Below, in pieces: positions 44,922-58,004 of a stretch of 64,000 nucleotides of DNA. The DNA is from Macrostomum lignano (Eukaryota): positions 1-64,000 of the forward strand of contig NIVC01002533.1 in NCBI GenBank assembly GCA_002269645.1. The letters run 5' to 3'. The position numbers were made by a program, and so were the translations under genes. The notes under the pieces are model-generated. The model had not been told where the DNA came from and did no database searches. It was given only the letters and a program-made list of their open reading frames with translations. The stretch's first letter is position 1; every line of letters starts with the position of its first letter.

Positions 44922-45870
44922 GGCCCTGGAGCTGGGCCATTGTGGGCACGAGGTTGGCGGCGCGGTTGTTCCGGATTTCGGTCTGGAGCTCGAGCGGGAG
45001 GCGGTTCCAGAGTGCGTAGACGCGGCTGTCGAGGGTGCACGCGAGCTCACCTAGGCGGAGTAGCTGGCCGGTAGCGAGTCGGAGGGCGTCGGTGTAATTC
45101 TCGAGCTCATCCAAGTCGGAGGCGGAGCTGCAGTGAAGAGCGAAAAGGATCTGGAAGAAGGCGTTTTTCTGCTCCTGGGCATCGGCGTAGTTGGCCTGGA
45201 GGACGCGGCAGGCTTCGGCGTAGGCGTTGGGCTGGCAAGCGTCGAGGGCGCCAAGCTTCCGGAGTGCCGAGCCAGAGTGAAGACCGCGGAGCGCCTCAAA
45301 CTTATCGACGTCGTTGAGACTGGATTGGTCGACGCGGTAGAGGAAGGCGTTCCAGAACCCGGGGAATGCGGTTGGGTTGGTGCCGTCGAATGTCGGGAGA
45401 CGAACCTTCTGGAGAACAGTGGAGTGGATTAGAGCGGCCGGATCGCTATCGCTGGTTGCGGACGACGACGCAGATGTCAGGGCAGGATGGGAATTAGCGG
45501 CGAGCTGTTGTATGAGCAGCTGATTCTGCTGCATCATGGCGGTCATAGCGGTCAGGAGGGCGTTGATATCGACGGAGGCAGCGGGAGCTGCTGCAGGGAT
45601 CGCAGTTGTGGATGGAGCAGCGGGAAGAGCAGATGTCGCGGCTGCTGAAGCAGCAGGCGGCGGGTCACTGGCTTTGACGTGCGGCTGCTCCGCGTCGATT
45701 GGCGCTTCAGCAGAGGCTGTGCTGTGGTCGTTCTTGGACTGCTTGATCTGGTCGCCAGATAGGTCAGTTGTTGATCGCGTGATAACCATGGTAATCCGGA
45801 CGCTCTGCTACCAATTTGTAGAATAGATTCGTCGAGGAAGAGAGAGGAACCACGCTCTGCTACCAATTTG
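44922..45870 (-). mobile_element. BEL/Pao gag remnant plus PBS (duplicate of 9644-10600)
   Basis: ORF 44860-45789; PBS at 45848-45865. Confidence 0.78.
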
Positions 45871-47390
45871 TGGAAGTTGACAATAAACTAATATTGAACG
45901 AGCGGTTAGCGGGGAAGGAATCAGTAGAAGAGAAGCAGAGGTGAAGGGCAGAAGCCGCGAGTTGAACTTGTATTTGTACTAACACAGCGAACAGGGTAGC
46001 TGAAATGTCTGTGGCAAATTAACGGTTATGCTAGTCTGTGGGAAAAGCGTGGTAGACGAAGGGAGCCAGCTAACTGAAAAGTACGAGTCTTTATTGCAAA
46101 ACAGAAAGTAGAAATATTTGAAGGATGAAATCGCCAAGACCTCGAATTTGACAAACTTGCTCGGATAGCTAATGAAGTCAGTGTTGCTGCCTGCAAGATA
46201 GGTGAAGAATTTCTACTTTCTAGACAAGCAGGTCATTAACATGGAACTCTATCGCATCGCAGAACTGACACGGTGTCTTCGGCTGCGTCGACGGTCTCAC
46301 CCTGCTATTCTCAACAACAACAACAACAACTGTTCTCAACTAGTGATGAGGCGCTAACGAATGATGCTCGCCAATGGTGCCTCATTCCTTTGGTTATTGC
46401 GCTTGTACTTTGCTTCCACAGCTTCTACTTAATAATTAATAATATAACTACTTAATAATAATAAGTCAAAGACTTTCTGCCACCCAGCTCAGCCTCAGAC
46501 ACTTCGAGATGTTAAATCAGCAAGCAGTGCGACTTGATGAAATATTGGCTTTCATGCTGACCTGACATCCTTGATGCTGGATGCCATCAGAGTCCCATAA
46601 CCATTTAAATATCTGTCGCTCGAGTGCAGGAAGGAAAGTCGCGTTGCAAGAACAGGACTTCAGGAAAGCTTGAATAAATAAGCAACGCAATAATTGTACT
46701 TTATATCGACAATCATTTATTTATTTTGGATAAACGCAATAAAATATACTTATTACCAGTCAATGGGGTAGTGGGTGCATAATGTACAGAGAAACAGCTT
46801 AATGATATTACGAGCTAAGTCGTAACCAAGTTACCAAGAACACAGGTGAGTCAACAATGACTAAACGCATCCAGTCTTAGCGCGTTCATACGCTGGTGTG
46901 ACATGCTGAACTTTTCAACACTTCTTGCAAGTCGCTCAGGCAACAGCCGAATGGTTGACATATGATGTCATGTGATCGCCCTTGCGGATCATGCAGGTCT
47001 GAAATGCTGCGACTCCGAGACGTCTCAAAGCGCCACTAAAATTCTTGTCATTGTCAACTTCGCGGCAGCTATTGAGTACATCGCGCATAACACAAAAAAC
47101 AGAGACTGCGGCATGACTCTCAGCCAAAGATGCAAAAATTACATTTCGTAATATTGCAGAGGGTGGACCCAAGTATAAGTACAAAGCCTAACAAAAAACT
47201 GCTTAGTTTTTTAATCTGAAAAATGGATTCAGATTACCTGATCACTATGAGAAACCGTGTATTTAATAATGGCAATTATGCCGAATTTACGTAAAAATAA
47301 AAGTACACAACTTTGATGCTTTTATTACTGTAGAGATTAGGTATTAAAAGAGCAAAGTGCACATTTTATGGATCAATTATGGAATAAGCT

Positions 47391-48432
47391 GAGTCGGCTG
47401 AGTCGCTTCATCAAACTGGCGCAGGCGCGGCTGTGAATGTTTTGTCAAAGTCTGCCGCAATCATCGAGCAAACAAACTTTAAGTGACGCAACAGCGCGTC
47501 AGCGCTGGCAAAAGTGCGCAATAAAATTCAGTAAATTTTGCACTGCGTTCAAAACGGAGCAGCGAGTTAAAGGCTCCCGCCTTCGCCAGTGCGCGGTTGC
47601 GAGAGCGACTGCTGTTCTCAGGCTCTCAGGCTACAGCAGCCTGGCCAATTATCGTGAAGGAAGGGATGACGGCAGGCAGGGAGGGGAGCAAGACTGGAGG
47701 ATTGCGGTGATATTGAAGGTCAAACCTGAGCAAGATCTAATGAGTTTTGGATTGCTTTGTAGAGGTTCATTCATTGAATGTTACTGTAAGTAGAACAATG
47801 CAAAAATGCGCAGCAAAACTTAAACTTCTTTAAGTTAAACTTAAACGTTACGCTCCAAAGATCTTAAGCTTGCTGGAGCAGCTAAGCGAGGCTACATCTC
47901 TGAGGGAAATAAATAGCGTTCGGTAAGCCTTTGTTCGAGTCTTCGTTATTTGATTATTGAGAGCGATTTTATTGCCGGCCATTACTGATCAGTTGAATTA
48001 CTGAGTTAATTGAATTTGAGGCCTCCCTCCTAAGGGATTGGATAGGATCTGCGGACCCTTTAAGGATTATCGATTTAATTGATTTTGATACCCTAGAGTA
48101 ACCGATAGGGGCACACGCCTCCGATTCCGTTATTTCTAGAAGAAGACGCCCTTTCTGGAGGACGTCGTTATTGTTATGGAGTTGACTTTGTTATTAGGGC
48201 GCATCTCTGATAATTGACGGATTAAATTGTAACGCTCTCACATTCGGCCGATTTTTAGAATTCAAGAAGACCACTCCGGAGGAAGACTCCATAGAAGACT
48301 ACGAGCTCTACGAACCTGCCCGACAAAGAAGAGGAGCCCGCACCCGTGAGTGATCACTGAATTTTGTTCCCAGGCTTAAGGTCTGGAAGTGAGAGTTTTC
48401 GGGTGACTGATCACCACCCGATTAAACTCTTC
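47391..48432. mobile_element. ~1-kb insertion of unknown class (possibly LTR-like)
   Basis: Absent from homologous positions ~12020 and ~33480; AGCT on both sides; boundaries uncertain by ~20 bp. Confidence 0.4.
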
Positions 48433-48679
48433 AGCTTGATGGCTTAATAATTTTGATAGTTCTTGTAGATAAATGCAAATTTTCAATTTCTACAGCACGG
48501 CAAACACAATAGACAGCCAGATGCTTAGTGCTCACCTCAGCCATGGAGCTGCTCGAGTGCCTTCGGCTGCTCAAGGGCGGCTGAGTCGCTGCCGAGATGC
48601 TAACAGAGCTGATGTGCTGCGCTGAGTTTGAGATGCGTCTGAGAATGGAGGTGGGACTTAAAATGACGGTGGTGTACAA

Positions 48680-49165
<486 letters not shown>

Positions 49166-49949
49166 ACTAAGGCAGCTATTAAGATAGACAAGGCACTCAC
49201 CGGTTACTCTTTGCGAGCTGTGCTGTGAGGATTCAAAAGAAAAAACTGTAAACTTTTGCCTGCAGCTTCTCTGCTCCAAAAAAGCCAATGCGGTCTATGA
49301 AAATTCTCAAGTCCGCCTGAGGCCGATGCGAGCTGAGGCGCTCCAAGAGGCCCCTTCTGCATCTCTTATAGAAAAGCTTGAAACGAAGAAAGGCAGAAAA
49401 GAAGGCAGACAGAGAGAGCTGCAAGCAGATGGAGAACAATAGCGAGCTCAGCATCCATGCCCGCCTCTGTGCACCCAGCCTGATGAAACCACTGTATTGA
49501 ATTTAGCTGAATTGTTTTCAAATGCGCGAGCAGTAAAAGGGCCGCCACTGCACTCATACGGTCTTGAGCACAGCGAGGCAGCCCTGGCCTTTTATGCCGT
49601 TGCTAGGCAGCTCAGACCCCAACCTCACAGAGGTGGAATCGAGCTCGGAGACGGAGTGCTGGGGAAGGCGGGGACCCCAAAGGCATCGAACTGAATGGTC
49701 AATTGAAATGGCAGCAGCGCACAGTTTTAAAGCACAGTTGCACAGTTCTTCAACAAGCGATTCGGTGAGACGTACCCGCATTTTATTTGCTCACTATTCC
49801 TGCTCGAGAGAAGAAGTTTAATTTTGGCTATAGGTGTCTGTTAGATACGAGACCTGCAAAAGGTCCCCAACACGCATTTATTGTGCTTTAATTCGCTAAA
49901 CTAAATTTTCATGAACTAAATCTATCACTGCGCTCAGATTTAGGAATCA

Positions 49950-51660
49950 GGATTAGAGATGAGGATTAGGGATGGGGTATTAAAATTGGGGATCAGGATT
50001 GGGGATCAGGATTGGGGATCAAAATTGGGGATCAGGATTGGGGATCAGGATTGGGGATCAGGATTGGGGATAGGATTGGGGATCAGGATTGGGGATCAGG
50101 ATTGCGGATCAGGATTGGGGATCAGGATTGGGGATCAGGATTGGGGATCAGGATTGAAGATCAGGATTGGGGATCAGGATTGAAGATCAGGATTGGGGAT
50201 CAGGATTGGGGATCAGGATTGGGGATCAGGATTGGGGATCAGGATTGGGGATCAGGATTAGGGATCAGGATTGGGGATCAGGATTGGGGATCAGGATTGG
50301 GGATCAGGATTGGGGATCAGGATTGGGGATCAGGATTGGGGATCAGGATTGGGGATCAGGATTGGGGATCAGGATTGGGGATCAGGATTGGGGATCAGGA
50401 TTGGGGATCAGGATTGGATCAGGATTGGGGATCAGGATTGGGGATCAGGATTGGGGATCAGGATTGGGGATCAGGATTGGGGATCAGGATTGGGGATCAG
50501 GATTGAAGATCAGGATTGGGGATCAGGATAGACTATCAGGATAGACTATCAGGATAGACTATCAGGATTGGGTATCTAGATTGGGGATCTGGATTGGGGA
50601 TTAGGATTGGGTATCAGGATTGGGGATCAGGATTGGGGATCAGGATTGGGGATCAGGATTGGGGATCAGGATAGACTATCAGGATTGGGGATCTTGATTG
50701 GGGATTAGGATTGGGGATCAGGATTGGGGATCAGGATTGGGGATCAGGATTGGGGATCAGGATTGGGGATCAGGATAGACTATCAGGATAGACTATCAGG
50801 ATTGGGTATCTGGATTGGGGATCTGGATTGGGGATTAGGATTGGGTATCAGGATTGGGGATCAGGATTGGGGATCAGGATAGACTATCAGGATTGGGGAT
50901 CAGGATTGGGGATCAGGATTTGGGATCAGGATTGGGGATCAGGATTGGGGATCAGGATTGGGGATCAGGATTGGGGATTAGGATTGGGGATCTGGATTGG
51001 GGATCAGGATTGGGGATCAGGATTGGGGATCAGGATTGGGGATCAGGATTGGGGATCAGGATTGGGGATCAGGATTGGGGATCAGGATTGGGGATCAGGA
51101 TTGGGGATCAGGATTGGGGATCAGGATTGGGGATCAGGATTGGGATCAGGATTTGGGATGGAGATTGAGGATCAGGATTGGGGATCAGGATTGGGGATGG
51201 AGATTGAGGATCAGGATTGGGGATCAGGATTGGAGATCAGGATTGGGGATCAGGATTGGGGATCAGGATTGGGGATCAGGATTGGGGATCAGGATTGGGG
51301 ATCAGGATTGGGGATCAGGATTGGGGATCAGGATTGGGGATCAGGATTGAAGATCAGGATTGGGGATCAGGATAGACTATCAGGATAGACTATCGGGATA
51401 GACTATCAGGATTGGGGATCTGAATTGGGGATCAGGATTGGGGATGGCGATTGAGGATCAGGATTGGGGATGAGCACGGAGGATCTGGATTGGGAATCAG
51501 GATTGGGGATCAGGATTGGGGATCAGGATTGGGGATCAGGATTGGGGATCAGGATTGGGGATCAGGATTGGGGATCAGGATTGGGGATCAGGATTGGGGA
51601 TCAGGATTGGGGATCAGGATTGGGGATCAGGATTGGGGATCAGGATTGGGGATCAGGATT
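49950..51660. repeat. G-rich 13-bp satellite GGGGATCAGGATT (~130 copies)
   Basis: Direct reading; a degenerate short relative lies at ~14425-14530. Confidence 0.95.
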
Positions 51661-51814
51661 ATTGGGAGTGAAACAGCCGGACACATTGAGACTGAGGAGA
51701 TGCTCGACCATCCTTGCAGCGGTGCTAAAATCAAATAATTCAAAGATTCACTACTATAATTGCAGCCTTGGGGACAACAAAGTTAATAATTTTGAGTGTC
51801 ATCCATGCCAGCAA

Positions 51815-52982
51815 CAAGGACTACTTAAGAACACAGGACGTTACACTTGCAAATATTGGCAGAATTCTAAAAGGCCGCTTTGAATGCATGTGTCTATGGT
51901 TTTAGTGGCCTTTTTGCTTAGTAATTCGCATCGCAGCGTAGCATGATACTCATAACCCATAAGTCTACGTTAGAGCACCAAGCAGACAAGATCGCAAACA
52001 GCTCACTTTATTGTGTTCTCTGGATCTTTTATTTCTTTCTTCAAATTAAATTATCAATTGAGTTATACAAGATGCCGACGAAGTGTTGCGTTCCAGGCTG
52101 CACAAGCAACTACAAAAGTGGTAAAAGGTGCACCGTATATACTTTTCCGAAACAAGAGGCTGAAATTGACTCCTGGATGAAGGCTTTGCGGTTATGTCTC
52201 GTACAAGGAAAATTTGTCCGGGAAAAGCACCGAGGCATATGCTACAGACAACAGCTGTGAGTTCACAAAGTTGGTGTCTCGCGGAAAATTGAGTCATCCG
52301 CCAGAATGGCTTGTTGTGTATGCTAGTTTCTGCTACGTCTTCTTTCTCGGCTCCGGACAGCGTTGCGTTAACAGTTCAGTTAATGTGTTTCTGAGAATTT
52401 TCGACTCTTTTTTGGATATTGCACTTGGCAACGAGCTACTTATAAGAATATCTCGCCGGTTTGCAAATTCCTTTTACAAGGGTTTAGTAAGAAAGGAATC
52501 TGAAACTGAGAGACATCAAAGCGGTGTTGGTGCAAGACGGTTACGAAAATTAAACTCCGGTTAACTTTGTGACGAATTTATTACTATTTTCACTGTCATC
52601 TTTGCTACCATCGTGTTGCTTCTACATTTTAAACAAGTCCATGAATCGGGATATGAGCGAATAAGTATTATTATTGTTGACCAAGTGTAGTTTCTATCAT
52701 TCAATATTGTCATTCTTGTTATTTTTGGGTATTTCTTCGTTTTTTGTTAAACTTCTACACCCTGTTCACGATCACCTTTTGGAGAAAATATAAATATTTT
52801 GTCGGTGTACATGCATATAAAAAGCTTTATTTACTAGGCTTTAATTTCTATTCATGTATTATACACATTGCTTCAAATAGCAAAAAGGCCACTAAAACCA
52901 TAGACACATGCATTCAAAGCGGCCTTTTAGAATTCTGCCAATATTTGCAAGTGTAACGTTCTGTGTTCTTAAGTAGTCCTTG
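51815..52982 (+). mobile_element. Non-autonomous P-superfamily (THAP) DNA transposon with 104-bp TIRs
   Basis: TIR 51815-51918 / 52879-52982 starting CAAGGAC. Perfect 8-bp TSD GCCAGCAA (51807-14, 52983-90). Internal MPTKCCVPGC.SNY..FP..W THAP start joined to an SRGKLSHP transposase C-terminal motif. Confidence 0.9.
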
Positions 52983-53033
52983 GCCAGCAATAAAGCGAGT
53001 TTGAAGCTGTGGTTCAAGAATCGAAGCAGTAGG

Positions 53034-53246
53034 CTAATGCTCCCAAACTGGAGAACCTGATTTACTGGAACAATTATGTACATTAAATTTAAGAGTCAGA
53101 TTCAAATACACTTGATAAAGAATTTTTACACAGCTGATGCCCTTTGCTACAGTTAGGGTACACAAGTGTTTTGTCAAAGACAGGACTTTCAATATTGCTA
53201 TTGGCACCAGAAAATTGCATGTAGATGTGGCCAATTTTGCATCCAA
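53034..53246 (-). mobile_element. Possible hAT transposase remnant
   Basis: NFLVPIAILKVLSLTKHLCTL resembles the hAT FxxxLxILxxVLxxTxxLSxxLQ helix; a CAGGGGGTCGGCAAACT end-like motif is at ~53274. Weak. Confidence 0.3.
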
Positions 53247-53379
53247 AATGAACGAAACTGAAAGTTGTTAGCCAGGGGGTCGGCAAACTCTCCCGAAGCC
53301 TCTCGATCCGGCCCGGGGATTAATAATTGTATTAGCGATCTGGACTGCTCACGGGCTTGTGTCTCTTTCAGTGCTCTCC

Positions 53380-53458
53380 TCTCTTCTCTCCTCTCTCTCA
53401 TCTCTGTTTTTCTATTCTGTAATCTCGTCTCTTCCCTCTCCTCTCTTTTTCTAATCTC

Positions 53459-53549
<91 letters not shown>

Positions 53550-53610
53550 CTCTCCTCTTTATCTGTCATATCATATCTTCTCTTCTGAGCTCCCTCTTTC
53601 CTTTTCTCTC
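53380..53610. repeat. (CT)n microsatellite
   Basis: Direct reading. Confidence 0.9.
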
Positions 53611-53764
53611 TCATTTGGCTCTCTTATGAACTGGATTCTTTATCTGACCCTTGAGGTACGCATGCAGACCCTGGGTTTAAAAACCCTTGGCAGTGTACCG
53701 TAGTGTACGAGTAGAAGCTGTAAACTTTGTGACACGTAAAAATTAAAATCTCTGAGCAATCAAC

Positions 53765-55513
53765 ATTCTTCGCCTTCCTGCTCAGCCTGCTCAAGCTGAA
53801 CCTGGAGCGCAACGAATCCGAGTTCCCAATTCGATGGCAAGCACTTCCTGTAGGTAAAAGGCACTGCCATGGGGAAGTCGTTCGCGCCCAGCTACAGCAA
53901 CATCTACATGGGCTACTGGGAGCAGAGAGGTCTGGAGACCAGCCCGCAGAAGCTCAGCCTTTGGCTTCGCTACATTGATGAAATCTTCGGCGTGTGGCGC
54001 GGCACAGAGGCGGAGCTGGCCCAGTTCCATCAACACCTGGACGCCCTCGACCCGAACATCCGGCTTCAACTGAGCTACAGCAGCGCAGAGGTGAACTTCC
54101 TGGACACCACCGTCCTCTGGGACCGCGAAGGCCACATTAAGAGCCTGGCAAGCAGGGTGTACTTCAAGCCCACCGACAGCCGAGCCCTCATTCACCACGG
54201 CTCCTTTCATCCTAAGTGGACTTTCCGAGGCGTGGTGAAATCCCAGCTCCTCAGGTACGCCCGGCGGTGCTCCCGGTTGGCCAACTTCGACGCAGCAGGC
54301 ACCTCGCTGATGTCGAATCTGGTGCAACACCAAGGCTACAGCCAGCGTTTCCTCCGCACCATCAAGTACGACGTGCTGACTGAGCTGGGCTTCTACCCGA
54401 CCAGACGGTGGGAGTTCGGCTTCCTGCCGTGCAACTCGGCCCGGCTCTGCAAGTGCTGCCAGGCGCATGCCAGGTTCACCTCCGTCTACCCCGGATCTGC
54501 TGCCACATCGGTCCAACTCGTCATCAGTCCCAGGATCGACTGCAACGCAATGAACGCCGGTGCGACCACACTGTGTTTGTCGGCGAGACCGTCAACAGCA
54601 TCCGCGGTCGCATACTGGCGCACATCGGCGACATCCGACACGCCCGCGACACTCCGGTGGCCCGCCACTTCACCAGCGATGGCCACAGCCTGGCAGACTT
54701 CGCCTTAACCGGCGTGTGGACTCAGGACGGCGCAGGACCGAAGGCCAATGAACGGCGTCAGCGCCAAGAAGCCAAGCTGATTGATGTCCTGAGGACCCGT
54801 TTTCCGCATGGCGCCAACGAGATTTTGGCCGTTGTGCAGCATCCGAGGCCCTAGTTGTCATTGTGAGGGACCGGCTGGAACGACACTGCGAGGCCCCGGT
54901 GCTGCCAGCCTACACCAAGGGCAGGAGCCTCCGGGAGTTGCTCTGCCGCAGTCGGCTCGAACCTGCCAATTAACATATTCAGGTATTTTTGCTCTCCCTA
55001 CTCTGCGTTTTTTCTGCTCCTCTGCCATTGTTTGTACTTGTTTGTTGACTCTGTCACCTTGTGCGGTGCGGTAACTCTTTCTACGCAACGTTTATTTCTT
55101 ACCTATTTAATTTTTTTGTTTTACATTATCGGGTGATATTCTATTTGGAAATATCTTATTTGACATTTAAATGTCGGTAAGGCCTTTGTTTTTTATTCTA
55201 TTTATTTTGATCTATTACTCATCATACTCAATCTATTTATTTTGCCAATTTATAGTTCTCGTATATTTCTCTATGTACTATCGTATTTTAATTTTTACAA
55301 TCAATCTTTGCCATAGCTTGACTGCGCATTTGGGGCAAAAAATGTGCGCCTCTCTCCCAGTAATGAAAATGGCAGTCCAGCACCCATCCTCAGGATTCCC
55401 TGTTGCCACCTTGATGCCACCCTCGGTGCCTTTCCTTTTCCCCTCCTAAACTGATGATTTTAAATATTCTGCTTTTGTTTTAAACTCGCAGCATCCCCAC
55501 TTTCTGTACTTCA
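53765..55513 (+). mobile_element. 5'-truncated Penelope-like element (RT C-terminus, Cys-rich linker, GIY-YIG), degenerate
   Basis: GTAMG.SFAPSY.NIYM, LRYIDEIF, VNFLD, YFKPTD, SFHP, C..LCKCC, FVGET...R...H, VARHF..H, R..QE..LI..LRT.FP.G.N. Followed by an AT-rich 3' region. Confidence 0.9.
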
Positions 55514-56171
55514 TCGAGGCTGCTATTTTCTGCCGAGGCGCCGACGGACAAGCGACGAAGCTTCCGTGCTGTCTGCAGTTCGTCTACCTCGGCTGTCTGG
55601 TGCCTGACGTTTGCGAGGACCTGCGACGTCGCCGTGGACTTGCCTGGGCTGCCTTCCGTTCCGTGAGGGTTGTCCTGCAGTCCGAGGCGCTGCCCGACTG
55701 CCAGAGGGCGGCGTTGTTCCAGGTGGTAATCGAGACCGTCCTGCTGTACAACGCCGAGACCTGGACGCTGACGGATTCGCTCGAACAGCTGGTCGATGCG
55801 GCGCACGCTGGCCTGCTGCGCGCCGCCTTCAACATCGGCTACGAGCGAGTGACCAATGCGGCACTCTATCGCCGCACCGGCCTGTCCCGCCCCAGCGAAC
55901 TGTTGCGCCGTCGGCGACTCCAGCTGGCAGGCCAGTTCATCCGAGCCGAGTCGTACTGCTCACAGCCGGTGCAGGAGGTGCTGCTACTGACGCTACAGGC
56001 ACCCTACCGGCGGGGACAGGCGCGTACTCGGCGTTTCGTCGACTGCCTGCTGGCTGATGCCGGCGCCCCGGACAACTGCCGGCGGCGCCGCCTAGGTTCG
56101 CGCCCAGGCCTTGAAACGCGCCTTGTGACATTGTCTGCTAACTGATTGACAACGTATTTTGTTGTTGTTGT
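55514..56171 (+). mobile_element. 5'-truncated RTE LINE (uninterrupted paralogue of 238-2252)
   Basis: ORF 55600-56145; (TTG)n tail; TSD TGTACTTCA at 55505-13 and 56172-80. Confidence 0.9.
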
Positions 56172-57007
56172 TGTACTTCAGAAATATTCATACAAACGGA
56201 TCAAGCGGCTCGAATATGCATGTGCTCTGCGCGAGGTTTATTGGCCAGACTTTTAACCATTTGGAAGCCAAAGGCCTGCACTGCAGGCCATATCGAAACG
56301 GCCCAAAAATCCAGAGATTGAACAATTTCTATGGCATCAAAAACCATCTCCCAATCACTAAAGCAACTGCCCAGTATGGCCTGCTGTGCAGGTCATGATT
56401 GATTTAAAGAAGTCCATTGTGCATTTCCGTTATGTTTTCACTCAAATGTTAAAGGTGAAATAAGCGTGTGCAGTGAAAATATGAGGTGATGCACAAATGT
56501 ATGTTTTGGTCGTATTAAATGTAGCTAACTTTAATCACTTCACTTTCGTCTGGATTTTCTGGTAGATCGATGCTTGGATTGATGGTAGAAACCCTCGGAA
56601 TTCCGGCACCCCGTCATGGTCAAACGAGTTGTCATTTCGACCCTTTCTTACTGGGTCCAGGGGGCTAATTCAACCCATTCCGCGGTCGCCTCATCTTGGC
56701 TCTCATCAGTTTCTGGATCCATACTTTCCGACTCCGTTTCTGACTCAAAAACCGTCGAGTCATCGCTTGATAAGCGTCTTCCGAATCGGAATCGAGTCCC
56801 AGTCTGCGCAAGGCGTCACTTTTAGCTGTCCTTATCGGGCGCGTAGAAGCAATTTGTGGGTAGGAAGGTTTGAACAGGAGCTAGCAGAAAAAGTCTGTGG
56901 TATACTTTACTTCTGGGCTTCTAGGGTGTGCACTCGATTCAGCAAAAAGGACAAATTTGTCTATGGACTGCTGTGCAGGAGGTGATATCAGATATTTGGC
57001 AATAATG

Positions 57008-58004
57008 GTTGGTTATTCGTAAGTGAGACTTTAGGATAATAGTCCGGCTCATGAGTGCGCGCTATGAGGACTATTATCCTAAAGTCTCACTTACGAATAA
57101 CCGCATTGTCGAATTTCAGTGGGGCCATAGACAAAAAGGGCATCGAAAGGAGAGAGGGGTTACCGAGGAGAGAGAGACAAAGACTGAGGTGGTTTACTGG
57201 AGTTTGGGCCATAGACAACGAAGTTGCAAACAGGCTGGGGGTTAAGAGGGTGGAAAGGAAGGAGATGTGGAGAGAAAGAGAGAATAAAACGTAAATAGCT
57301 ACATTCGCTTGGCCATGGAGAACCAGACGTCATATCCGATCAACTGGGGCAATCTGCCTGTCGAAAGTTTAGCCAACGTATCTAGCAGCGAACTCAATTG
57401 GATCTCAAGACTTTCCACATCTCAGAAGGACATGAAGGATAACGAAGACTTTTTGAACTTCTTGCACTTTCTTGAGACCTGGAATCGGCTGAGCATTCGA
57501 TGAGCGAGATCATGGCTATCACGGGTCAAAAGTCCGAGAGCACGGTCCGGCGCTACCTGGCAGTTAAACGGGACAAGTCCCTGCAACAATGCAGCGATGC
57601 AGTGTCGCGTGCGTTGAACATGGGACAAAGCGCCGCGACCCACGGTCAAGTAACAATGCCTACTGACATCAGCATCCAAATTTCCATCGTGCAAGAAGCA
57701 GTGAGCGTGTCTGATGGTCGTCAGATGAACGGTCGGAATATCTTTATTATGAACAACTGCACTTTCAACAATTGCAATCTGTAATGGTCTTCGGCACTAT
57801 GACAATTGCGCCATATTGATACTGCACAATTAACTTTCCATAGCGCTAATTTTTTGTTGTTGGTGTTTGCTGTTTTGTTCTAAAAATAGGTGTCCATTAT
57901 CCCGAGTTTGAAATCATTATCCTGAAGTTTAAGTGAAAAAATAAATAAATGTGCTCATGGTTTAACCATAGACGATTGCATTATCCTAAAGGCTGATTTT
58001 TGAC
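57008..58004 (+). mobile_element. Crypton-like (tyrosine recombinase) non-autonomous element
   Basis: Absent at paralogous site ~3137. AATG direct repeats at 57004-07 and 58005-08. ORF 57500-57784 IMAITGQKSESTVRRY matches the YR box II (TGH.S..S..Y). 35-bp hairpin at 57011-57102. Confidence 0.75.
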
